64,000 bases of DNA from a virus (Duplodnaviria; Caudoviricetes), in IMG/VR virus record IMGVR_UViG_2706795958_000001, positions 1 to 64,000 of that record, one strand, 5' to 3'. Under the pieces are notes generated by a model. That model had not been told where the DNA came from. It did not search any database and saw nothing but the letters and a program-made list of their open reading frames with translations. Positions 48,718 to 57,080 of the stretch are shown in pieces (within the stretch, counting starts at the first letter, position 1; every line of letters starts with the position of its first letter). The position numbers and the translations under genes were made by a program.

Positions 48718-48939
48718 TCAATCCTTCTTTCCATACATGCTATGTGCTAGTGCTAGGATGTTTTCTTTGGGAATCCGCCATCGTCCACCAATCTTAAAGG
48801 CTTCTGGTAACTGATTCTCTTTCAGCCATTTGAGCGCGGTCGGGCGAGTAATACGGAAGAATTCCGCTAACTCATCTACCGTGCAAAGTTCTGGCATGGT
48901 CTCAACACTAAGACCTTCCGTGCCATTCTCTTTAGACAT
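48718..48939 (-). CDS. Excisionase-like HTH DNA-binding protein
   Basis: TVDELAEFF...TALKW...AFKIGGRWRIP. Confidence 0.82.
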   Translation of the reverse strand: MSKENGTEGLSVETMPELCTVDELAEFFRITRPTALKWLKENQLPEAFKIGGRWRIPKENILALAHSMYGKKD

Positions 48940-50422
48940 ACTTGTTTTTCTCTTCTCTCAAAGCTTGCTTAATTGCGGCCTGCGTCAGTGAATCAAGCTC
49001 CGAATCAAGTTCAATCAGCTTGTTGCTGATCTTGGTTTTATTATCCAGGATTTTCTCTACTCTCTCTTCTACAGTATCCCTTGCTAGATAGTCGATAATG
49101 GTAACTGGCTTTGTCTTATCCGCACCAATTCGATGTAGCCGGTCTACTGCCTGTTTATTTAGAGATGGATTCCACAGCTTGTCAATACGCTGACCATATC
49201 TACCTGCTGTCATATTCAGTCCAACACCGGCAACCTGGTACATGCAAATAATGATCCCAGGTGTCTTATCGTTGGCCCATGCATCCACTACGCTTTGACG
49301 TTCATCAATATCAACGTCACCATTGAGCACGTATATCGGATACTTAAAGCTTCTACGATTAGTTAGGCGGTCAATGTATGCTTGCTGAACATCTCGGAAC
49401 TGAGTAAAAGCTACAAGCCTCTCGCCACCGCTGCAAATATCCTCAGCATCCCATTCGGCCATATCCAACTTACCGGAATCATCCTTATTGCTGAACGCTG
49501 CCGTAGTTCCACAGACTTGTTTAAGCCTAAGAAACTTAGTAAGGTGATTCTGAATTTCCTCTACCTGTCCGTCGTCAGAGGTTAGTTGCATATTAGACAC
49601 AACCTCTTTGTAAATCTTGATCTGAGAATTGATCAGGTCAACGGTACGGGTAGTGTATGTAACCTCTGGCAAATCCAGAACATCTTCTTTAAGCCTGCGC
49701 ACCATTACATCTTGTAATCGTGCCCTAAGCTCAGCTTCATTCTTGATACCGGTAATTTGCTTGTCCATGTATCCGCCATATGTAGCATAGCGTTGCAGGA
49801 AAGCGTAGTAATTCTCAATTTCATTTGGGGCAATCCTTTTCAGGAGAGACCACAAATCATTGACATGATTAAGGATAGGAGAACCGGTCAAAAGGATGGA
49901 GCGTCTAGTGGATAGTTTCAGTGCAGCTTGCGTACGCTTAGCTCTATGATTCTTAATCATATGAGCCTCGTCAAAGATCACCATGTCCCAGCTAATATCA
50001 CAGTAATCCTTACTCATTCCGACCAGTTGTTCGTAGTTGGTAATGAGCACGCGCGGCCCGTCTGCTGCTGCAAAGTCCTGTAGATTCTTACGCTTAGCCT
50101 CTTTGGTAAGGGCTTTACCTGTGGTATCGGTGCGAATAACCATCACCTTAATACCCCTGGTAAACTTAAGAATCTCGTTTTCCCAGTTTGTTTTCAGGCT
50201 CGCTGGGCAAACAATCAAGCACTTGCTGCTATATCCCCTAATAACATCTGCCGCGAACAGTGTAATAGCCTGCAATGATTTACCTAGACCCATATCATCT
50301 GCGAGCAATACCGAACGCATTTTAATCATGCGACGGATTCCCTCAATTTGATGTGGATAGTAAGTCAGTTCATCGGGAATGTATGGCTCTAGAGACTTAC
50401 GCGGAGGCAGTGCTAGTGTCAT
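48932..50422 (-). CDS. SNF2-family helicase
   Basis: LADDMGLGKS, DEAH, LTGSPI, VAGVGLN and QAVDRLHRIG. Confidence 0.92.
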   Translation of the reverse strand: MTLALPPRKSLEPYIPDELTYYPHQIEGIRRMIKMRSVLLADDMGLGKSLQAITLFAADVIRGYSSKCLIVCPASLKTNWENEILKFTRGIKVMVIRTDTTGKALTKEAKRKNLQDFAAADGPRVLITNYEQLVGMSKDYCDISWDMVIFDEAHMIKNHRAKRTQAALKLSTRRSILLTGSPILNHVNDLWSLLKRIAPNEIENYYAFLQRYATYGGYMDKQITGIKNEAELRARLQDVMVRRLKEDVLDLPEVTYTTRTVDLINSQIKIYKEVVSNMQLTSDDGQVEEIQNHLTKFLRLKQVCGTTAAFSNKDDSGKLDMAEWDAEDICSGGERLVAFTQFRDVQQAYIDRLTNRRSFKYPIYVLNGDVDIDERQSVVDAWANDKTPGIIICMYQVAGVGLNMTAGRYGQRIDKLWNPSLNKQAVDRLHRIGADKTKPVTIIDYLARDTVEERVEKILDNKTKISNKLIELDSELDSLTQAAIKQALREEKNKYV

Positions 50423-50621
50423 GTGCTGGATACTCCTGCGGCTTCTTAGCGAATTTCCTCAGACAGGTAGCTGAGCAGATATGGAATACTAGAGTATTCT
50501 TGGTCTCAATAATATACCATCCGTCTTCTTGTGCCTTGAAGTTGGCGTCTGCCGGGGAAATTCCAACAACTGAGTTCTTATTACATACGTCGCAGTAAAT
50601 AGCGCTGACTTTTTGTTTCAC
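50397..50621 (-). CDS. Small Zn-binding protein
   Basis: CDVC...HICSATC. Confidence 0.6.
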   Translation of the reverse strand: MKQKVSAIYCDVCNKNSVVGISPADANFKAQEDGWYIIETKNTLVFHICSATCLRKFAKKPQEYPAHDTSTASA

Positions 50622-51328
50622 GGTGAAACCCTACCGTTGATACAGAATGTCGTATGCGTTAGTGGCATTTCTTCTGCAAAGATTTTTTCCATTTCCTTTG
50701 CTACTAATTCAATCTCATACTGTGGATAGCTTGGAAAGTGAGAGCCATTATCCTTTGTCCGAAGACTTAGGAAATTCATTAGCCCGCGAGCATTCATGGT
50801 GACATAGAAGCTAGTGTAGATATTTACAGGCAATACCATGCGTGCAACTTCTTTAGCGACACCGAGATCCAGCATCCGCTGGTAGGAAGCGTAAGCTTGC
50901 TTGGAGCAATCTTCAATTTCCTCATTAACTGCAACTGTCTGAGGTCCGGTACCAGGTTCAAAATGGTAGTGTCCCGGTTTACCTACCTGTTGCAAGGGCC
51001 GAACAATACTAGGCGTATAGAATACCGGCTGCAATTCCTTATACCGGCCTGACATTTCGTTATACGATGCCATGCGATGACGAATAAACTCACGCATAAC
51101 AAAGATTGGACACTCAATATAGAACTTAAATACAGCTTGCTCAAACGGTGAGCCATGACGATTCTTCATAAGGAAATTAATAAACCCCGAACTAGCCTCA
51201 GTATCGGTTAGTGTTGGGTCGTTTTCACCAATTGTAGAAACCTTGGCAGCTTGAATAACCATGGCATCGTTAGCCATTTCATCAACAAGCTTTACGGTCA
51301 TTTCTCGTCGAAAAATAATATCATTCAT
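50618..51328 (-). CDS. thyX: Flavin-dependent thymidylate synthase
   Basis: HGSPFEQ, RHRMASYNEMSGRY signature, EVARMVLP. Confidence 0.95.
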   Translation of the reverse strand: MNDIIFRREMTVKLVDEMANDAMVIQAAKVSTIGENDPTLTDTEASSGFINFLMKNRHGSPFEQAVFKFYIECPIFVMREFIRHRMASYNEMSGRYKELQPVFYTPSIVRPLQQVGKPGHYHFEPGTGPQTVAVNEEIEDCSKQAYASYQRMLDLGVAKEVARMVLPVNIYTSFYVTMNARGLMNFLSLRTKDNGSHFPSYPQYEIELVAKEMEKIFAEEMPLTHTTFCINGRVSP

Positions 51329-51331
51329 AGG

Positions 51332-51502
51332 TTATTTACCTTCTCTAGTTCTGAAAGCTTTAATACATACTTCGCAATCGGGTCGTTTACTAACATATTT
51401 AAATCGACCGTACTCTAGCCTTCGACCGCAATATGTTCGACCACCACCCGCTCTAGCGTGTAGCCTATTTCCTTTGTTGTATAGAACAGCCTCGGGCATC
51501 AT
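51332..51502 (-). CDS. Small protein, 56 aa (not in ORF track)
   Basis: GGAGAC RBS; H...CG...CEVC motif. Confidence 0.55.
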   Translation of the reverse strand: MMPEAVLYNKGNRLHARAGGGRTYCGRRLEYGRFKYVSKRPDCEVCIKAFRTREGK

Positions 51503-51514
51503 GTCTCCTGTCTG

Positions 51515-52042
51515 TTAAGGATAATCTGGAAATGAATTGGGATACAGCTTGGTGACCTGTCCGCTACTTCGCCATGGCTTTATGCCCGGACCTTTTAATA
51601 CACTAGGCTTTACGTTCACTGGCTCAGCCTTAATGTCTTTAAACAGCTCATTAAGCGGTCTTGTGGGAATGGGGTCACGCTTTTTATATTCCCTACCCAT
51701 TCTAATTATCCACTGCTGTTCGGATTCATCATACCAGCGGCCAATTTCCTTGGGGCCGACCCAAATGGTTTCTTCTGGAATTCTATTGCCTCTACGCCAA
51801 TTACATCTAGAGTGTGCTGGTCTCCAGTTAACAGAATAATCTTGCAAATCCCATCCGAGAGATTTTGGAATGTAATGATCCAGTGACCATGCCCAAACGT
51901 CTTTTTTCTGCTTGGAGTGTACCGGTCTGTATTTGGATTTATAGTCTATTGGCTCATTACATATCCAGCATGGAAGATTCTGTTCCCTGCAAAAAGTATA
52001 GAATTCCTTTTTATTTAGGTCTCTAGGCCATTCGTCATACAA
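51515..52042 (-). CDS. HNH endonuclease
   Basis: CWIC...LDHYIP...NWRPAHSRCNWRRG. Confidence 0.88.
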   Translation of the reverse strand: MYDEWPRDLNKKEFYTFCREQNLPCWICNEPIDYKSKYRPVHSKQKKDVWAWSLDHYIPKSLGWDLQDYSVNWRPAHSRCNWRRGNRIPEETIWVGPKEIGRWYDESEQQWIIRMGREYKKRDPIPTRPLNELFKDIKAEPVNVKPSVLKGPGIKPWRSSGQVTKLYPNSFPDYP

Positions 52043-52345
52043 TTACTCATCCTCGGGTGCATCAACCTCAGGCTCAGTAGGCTCAGGAGTAACCGTCTCG
52101 GTTTCGGTCTCGGTAACCTTGACAGTCTCGGTAACAGTTTCCTCGGGTGCTGCATTACCGGGATCAACAGCCGGGTCGCCCCCGACCATCGGGATGAATG
52201 GCGGGCATGGTGCGGTACCACCTTCGATAACCATGACGCACGGCTTGGCCGGTGCGGGATCATCGCTAACAAGAGCGGTACCAACCGCTGCAAAAACAAC
52301 GGAAGATGCGGCGGCAATCGGAACAACGAGCTTCTTAATATTCAT
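52043..52345 (-). CDS. Exported or membrane-anchored Pro/Thr/Glu-rich protein
   Basis: Signal-like N-terminus, Cys pair, TETV repeats. Confidence 0.65.
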   Translation of the reverse strand: MNIKKLVVPIAAASSVVFAAVGTALVSDDPAPAKPCVMVIEGGTAPCPPFIPMVGGDPAVDPGNAAPEETVTETVKVTETETETVTPEPTEPEVDAPEDE

Positions 52346-52374
52346 AACGTTTCTCTTTTCTGCAATGTGTTAAT

Positions 52375-52479
52375 AAAAGGGAGGGGTAGGTCATGTGTAT
52401 CTCAACGAAATTCCGCGCCCAGTACTCGCCTAACGCGCAAATACACATCGTTACCGCAAGTTCGACCTACGCCCTTTTT
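52375..52479. ncRNA. Putative structured RNA element, copy 1
   Basis: Stems GTAGGTC/GACCTAC and ATGTGTAT/ATACACAT; intergenic; related to copy 2. Confidence 0.5.
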
Positions 52480-52480
52480 A

Positions 52481-52571
52481 AACCGGGTTGGAATGCACTC
52501 CCATGAAAACACATGGATCGTGAACCAGCCTTACGAATACATTCCCATTACCGGCATGGGACGACCCGGTT
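52481..52571. ncRNA. Putative structured RNA element, copy 2
   Basis: Stems AACCGGGT/ACCCGGTT, GGAATG/CATTCC, CCATG/CATGG, CCCAT/ATGGG. Confidence 0.5.
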
Positions 52572-52584
52572 AGACGATTAATGC

Positions 52585-53355
52585 CTAGAAAGGCATGTCA
52601 TCGTCATCTGCTGCTGCCGGTGCCGTAGCCGGGGCCGCTGGCGGTGCTGCCGGGGGAGCGCTCGGGGGCGCTACAGCGGCGGGCGGGGCTGACGGCGGGG
52701 CTGCGGGCGGGGCGGCAGGTGCAGCGGCAGGCGGGGCGCTTGGGGGCGCTGCCGGTGCCGATGCGGGAGGCGCGCTCGGCGGGGCGCTCGGGGGCGCTGC
52801 CGGGGGAGCCGATGCAGTCGGAGCGCTCGGGGGCGCACTCGGCTGCGTTGCAGGTACCTGCGAAACAGGGGGATTAGCCGCCGTATTGTTCATGGCAATA
52901 CCGGTAAGCTTGGACCCACGAATTTCTTCGTAAGTCTTCATCTGACGGGTAACGCGCTCATCAACAAAAACGTTGGGCTGATTAGTAACCCACTGCTTTG
53001 CATAGTTGGCCCATTCGCCTTCAAGCTGGGAAAGATTCAGGTAGTCATTCCCAGTCTTAGACTTCTTCCAATCCATCTGAATTGCAACGGCCTTGCCGAT
53101 ATACCGGCTAAGGTTATCGACAACCTGCTTATTCATCCAGAGAACACTCAGGTACTTGTCCTGTGATTGCAGGTCAAGAATATCAAGAATCAGTCCCATT
53201 TCTCCCTCGGGAGACTTAGAATGCTGAGTCTTAATCGGACCAACCTCATCGACAACATAGACCAGCAAAGGACGAGTTGCCAAATCCTTTGCCTTAATAC
53301 GGTCACCGTTTTCAACGAGTGCTGACCCTGAGAATTCTTCCAGTTCCATTGACAT
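52585..53355 (-). CDS. Single-stranded DNA-binding protein with Pro/Ala linker and acidic tip
   Basis: OB-like N-terminal domain, APPSAPP repeats, C-terminal DDDDMPF like bacterial SSB-Ct. Confidence 0.7.
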   Translation of the reverse strand: MSMELEEFSGSALVENGDRIKAKDLATRPLLVYVVDEVGPIKTQHSKSPEGEMGLILDILDLQSQDKYLSVLWMNKQVVDNLSRYIGKAVAIQMDWKKSKTGNDYLNLSQLEGEWANYAKQWVTNQPNVFVDERVTRQMKTYEEIRGSKLTGIAMNNTAANPPVSQVPATQPSAPPSAPTASAPPAAPPSAPPSAPPASAPAAPPSAPPAAAPAAPPAAPPSAPPAAVAPPSAPPAAPPAAPATAPAAADDDDMPF

Positions 53356-53479
53356 GGATTTCTTCTTTCTTTTTTCTTTTCCATACTGCACGTAATTACT
53401 TACGCGCTCCCCCCTATCCAGGTCGGGGTCGGGGAGGGGTCTGTGAGCATGGTGTTAGCTGGTCTTACGACGCTGTTAG

Positions 53480-54187
53480 CTAGTCTCCCATGCTCATGGG
53501 AGTGAGCGTACCGGATCGCGGGGGCGCTGGCAAGGCCGCTGCCTCAAATTCATCCCGGACCTGGGTAAATAGCTCTTTGAAAACCGAAGACATGGTAGCG
53601 GTATTAGCGACAATACCGTGCTTGCCCAATGTTCCAAATGACGGCACAGAATAGCGATTACCGTCATTTTCCTGTCCACGCAATTCCAAAACAGTCGAAT
53701 AAATATAGGGTGGATTTACCTTACCCATCTTAGCAAAGACCTCACCCACAGGTTTCTTTGCAGAGCGGTTCAAGCGCAAGACCTGGACGGAATTACGCCA
53801 TCCCGATTCGGTATGCCAGGGATTTACATCATGGACATTAATGAACGGTAGAATGAATACCTTACCGCATGGCTGTTTACGATCATGCCAATCACGGAAT
53901 GAACATGTAGCACAGAGTCCAATTTCAGGCAGATTGGTAACCTGGGCACCATACTGAGTGCGATATCCAATGATATTATTGGGAGACTTGCATACAGGAA
54001 TCATTCTAGGCTTATTATTATCGCCCGGCTTTTCCATAGGCCACCCTATGCGCTGTTCAAATACACCCAACAGTACGATGGGCGCTTTATTGAACTCATT
54101 GGTGCCGTCGGTGAATACAGACTTCTTATGGTTAATTGTCCAAACAGGATATTCGGATTTATCAGGTGTAAACGACTCTAGTTCCAT
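53480..54187 (-). CDS. Putative ssDNA-binding or recombination protein with Zn motif
   Basis: PVCKS...CATCSFRDW...PCG; C-terminal NGNRYSVPSF. Confidence 0.5.
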   Translation of the reverse strand: MELESFTPDKSEYPVWTINHKKSVFTDGTNEFNKAPIVLLGVFEQRIGWPMEKPGDNNKPRMIPVCKSPNNIIGYRTQYGAQVTNLPEIGLCATCSFRDWHDRKQPCGKVFILPFINVHDVNPWHTESGWRNSVQVLRLNRSAKKPVGEVFAKMGKVNPPYIYSTVLELRGQENDGNRYSVPSFGTLGKHGIVANTATMSSVFKELFTQVRDEFEAAALPAPPRSGTLTPMSMGD

Positions 54188-54188
54188 G

Positions 54189-54686
54189 CTACCTCATACG
54201 CTTAATCTTATTCTTCACTGCTGCCTTGTTGAATGCACGAACATCGTCTTCGCGCTTAGCGCGCTTTTTGAGACGCTTATCCTCTTCATTAAGCTGACGC
54301 AATCCCTTTTTGAGACCATCGGCAGTAAGACAGATAAATCGGTGAGGCTTATCCTCAGAGATATCAACGTATCCAATTGCCTGCATCTTTTTAAGACAGC
54401 GCCATACAGCATCGGAACTGGTAGAGCGTCCGTCCAGTTGCTCGGCGCGTCTTGCAATATGTTCGGCTGTACAGTCGGCAATAGACATTAGAGGGGAAAA
54501 CATCTCATCATCGGATTCTCCAACAAGCCACTCTTTGATGATGTAGTCTACTAAAATTTCAAGTTCACCCTTTCGCCTGCGTCCATCGGCGGTCTCGGGA
54601 AAGGTGGGAATCTCTGGCACATTCCAGTCCCACACTTCGGTGTAATCTGGTCTACCGTATTGGTCTGTCTTTTGAATAAGACTCAT
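54189..54686 (-). CDS. Putative winged-helix DNA-binding protein
   Basis: TAEHIA...SSDAVWRCLKKMQAIGYV...ICLTADG. Confidence 0.5.
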   Translation of the reverse strand: MSLIQKTDQYGRPDYTEVWDWNVPEIPTFPETADGRRRKGELEILVDYIIKEWLVGESDDEMFSPLMSIADCTAEHIARRAEQLDGRSTSSDAVWRCLKKMQAIGYVDISEDKPHRFICLTADGLKKGLRQLNEEDKRLKKRAKREDDVRAFNKAAVKNKIKRMR

Positions 54687-55078
54687 AGCAATGACTCCAT
54701 TCCGTGCGTATGCGGCCAGGGACCGTAATCAATTACCTGAATTCCAGCTTTTCTAGCGGCATTCATGCAATGTATAGTACCTCTTGAATCTTCAAGCGGA
54801 AAAGCTAAAACAATATCTGGCTTCATTTCTATCATGGCTAGGTTGCGAATCATTCCAGCACGATTGCCGTACTTTTCCCATTCGGCCCGAACTCCAAGTA
54901 CAGGAATTCCAAGTCCCCATGCGATGCCTCTAGCAATAATATCGGCGCCACGCGGGTTTTCACCTTCAATAATGAGATAATCGAGAGGCTTTGATACATC
55001 AATACAGTCAGTAATTGCTGAGTAAATTAGAGTACTAGAGGTCCAATTACGAGAACCTGTCACGAGAATCTTTTTCAT
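54683..55078 (-). CDS. DUF2493/YspA-like SLOG family protein
   Basis: KILVTGSR, GADIIA, AGMIRN..M...PDIVLAF...SRGT. Confidence 0.85.
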   Translation of the reverse strand: MKKILVTGSRNWTSSTLIYSAITDCIDVSKPLDYLIIEGENPRGADIIARGIAWGLGIPVLGVRAEWEKYGNRAGMIRNLAMIEMKPDIVLAFPLEDSRGTIHCMNAARKAGIQVIDYGPWPHTHGMESLL

Positions 55079-55446
55079 GACAGATGCAACCTTTCCAATA
55101 GTGTGGGTGCATATTTACGAGTGTAAGTATTATTGATAAAATCAATCAAACCTTTATCGTCACCATCAATAATTAGACGCAGGAGTCTAACATCAATACC
55201 GGTCTTATAATTTTTACCGTCACTATGTCCATGAACCTCAAGCTTCTGCGTAACATGTGGACCGTACCTGATCAGACTATCTATACGTGCAGTAATGCCA
55301 TCGCTTGCGGCAATACTATGATCGAATTCATGCTTTTCTATTGCCTGATCAAATAGGATGCCTTTATGCGTATCGGCGGAGATACAAAAATCGCAATCGG
55401 ATTCTATACATTGATAGGTGGTTGTGTGCTTGGTGATACCTCTCAT
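55075..55446 (-). CDS. Hypothetical protein
   Basis: 123 aa, ATGA overlaps. Confidence 0.6.
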   Translation of the reverse strand: MRGITKHTTTYQCIESDCDFCISADTHKGILFDQAIEKHEFDHSIAASDGITARIDSLIRYGPHVTQKLEVHGHSDGKNYKTGIDVRLLRLIIDGDDKGLIDFINNTYTRKYAPTLLERLHLS

Positions 55447-55829
55447 GATTTGCCTTCCATTTTGCGCAGCGCTGACTTCTGATAAATCTGTGCAATAAAT
55501 GCTTCAATGGCTGCCGCCATAACCACAGCGGACTGTAGCAAAACCTTTTCGGTACAATCACACCCTTCAATCCAGAGGGTATCCGAACTGCTGTCCCAGG
55601 AAATTCCGTGATTAATATTGTCATCAATAGCTTTAATATCAACAATGTCATCTGTTACAGTAACAGTGGAAATACTATTCAAATACTCCTTAGCAGCTTT
55701 ATCGCCATTGATTGCAAAATCAATAAGCATACGGGTTAGGTGAATCTGATTACTAGCTGTCAGCGGATCATTTTCATTTGTAAGCGCACCAATAAGATCA
55801 GTAACGTCTGCGTTCTTCTTATCGTTCAT
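55443..55829 (-). CDS. Hypothetical protein
   Basis: 128 aa, ATGA overlaps. Confidence 0.6.
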   Translation of the reverse strand: MNDKKNADVTDLIGALTNENDPLTASNQIHLTRMLIDFAINGDKAAKEYLNSISTVTVTDDIVDIKAIDDNINHGISWDSSSDTLWIEGCDCTEKVLLQSAVVMAAAIEAFIAQIYQKSALRKMEGKS

Positions 55830-56149
55830 TTATTAATCTCCACCCACTTGTCGGTGTTCTTGACCTTACGCTGGAAAACTAGCTCAGGATTGCGGTGCTG
55901 TTCATAATACCGCTCAGCCGATTCTAGTGTCTTGAAGAATTTATACACACCATCATTGGCGTCGACCTCTACGCCTACACGGTACTGATATTCGTCGCTG
56001 TCATCGTAATCACGGTGGCGCACCTTGTGCTGTCCGAAGTGTACGGAGCACGGTACTCGCATCTTTCCGGTCTGATATCCGCCGTGATGATATAGACTCA
56101 GTTCTACTTCGCATCCGCATTCAAGTTTACAGTTACTTAGTGTTGTCAT
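55826..56149 (-). CDS. Hypothetical protein
   Basis: 107 aa, operon packing. Confidence 0.6.
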   Translation of the reverse strand: MTTLSNCKLECGCEVELSLYHHGGYQTGKMRVPCSVHFGQHKVRHRDYDDSDEYQYRVGVEVDANDGVYKFFKTLESAERYYEQHRNPELVFQRKVKNTDKWVEINK

Positions 56150-56270
56150 TACGCCTCTTTTCTTTTAACTTATCTTCACAATGCATTGCCCACAAGATAG
56201 GTCCAACACATAGCAAACCTACAATAAATCCATATATTGCGCAGATGGTTATTGCAAGGAATGTGTTCAC
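56133..56270 (-). CDS. Small membrane protein, 45 aa (not in ORF track)
   Basis: GTG overlaps the recombinase stop; one TM. Confidence 0.5.
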   Translation of the reverse strand: MNTFLAITICAIYGFIVGLLCVGPILWAMHCEDKLKEKRRNDNTK

Positions 56271-57028
56271 AAATTCACCGCCTCAACTAGTGCAGAATCA
56301 TCCACACCCAAATACAGCTGAGTATGTGTAATCTGAGAATGCCCCAAAAGGATTTGGGTCAACCTAATGTCCTTGTGTTTGTTGTACACATGAGTTGCAA
56401 ATGTAGCACGCAAGTCATGGCTCGATACCTGCTCACCGATGACATTGGTAACACCTGCACGAGTGAATACCTTGGTAATTCCGCGCCGGGCAGATGCATT
56501 GCAAATCGGAACAAAACGCTCAGTCTCGATGCATTCCAGTTCCATTGCAAGCTCATCCGATATAGGAATACGGCGGAATTTACCACCCTTACCACGTACC
56601 ATGAGCCTACCTAGAACAATATCACTTCGGGTTGCTGCAATCGTCTCGGCTACTCGCAGACCAGCGAGCGCCCCCAGAGCCACAGCCGCCCGATGAGCGC
56701 CCATCGGTGTGCTGGTCAGCACCGCGCGCACCGTCTCGATTCCTCCGGCCACCGGGTGGGGCTGCGGCATAGGCAGTGGTGGTGCAGAATAATCGTTAAT
56801 TTCCGAATTGATGATACCAGCGAATTTATTGTATGAACGGATAGCTGCAAGCATCATCTTGATATTAGATGCAGATGCGCCATACTCGCGCTCATCGGTA
56901 ATCCATTCAGATTGTTCGTACCCGGAACGCTGCCATTCACTAACCTTAGTGACATACATGCGGATGGTATTACGTGACTTGCCTGTGCGGTTAAGCCATG
57001 CTTCAAACTCTTCAATCTGATTGGTCAT
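56267..57028 (-). CDS. Tyrosine recombinase (XerC/D-like, short)
   Basis: GLRVAE, GKGGK, HDLRATF, LLGH and TQLY catalytic set; GGAGGA RBS before ATG 57028. Confidence 0.92.
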   Translation of the reverse strand: MTNQIEEFEAWLNRTGKSRNTIRMYVTKVSEWQRSGYEQSEWITDEREYGASASNIKMMLAAIRSYNKFAGIINSEINDYSAPPLPMPQPHPVAGGIETVRAVLTSTPMGAHRAAVALGALAGLRVAETIAATRSDIVLGRLMVRGKGGKFRRIPISDELAMELECIETERFVPICNASARRGITKVFTRAGVTNVIGEQVSSHDLRATFATHVYNKHKDIRLTQILLGHSQITHTQLYLGVDDSALVEAVNL

Positions 57029-57080
57029 GGTTCCTCCTGTCTGCTCCGCGTGAGACTCACTGTATGTCATCAGTGTCGGG

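Noticed and set aside
52440-52480. GTTCGA at 52460-52465 suggesting a tRNA or Y RNA T-loop
   Set aside because: The flanking bases do not form a 5-bp T stem and there is no anticodon or acceptor geometry. I found no tRNA genes in the window by eye; tRNAscan-SE or ARAGORN would be needed to be sure.
52595-52933. Gly/Ala-rich ORFs overlapping the SSB gene
   Set aside because: They are alternative-frame readings of the low-complexity Pro/Ala linker.
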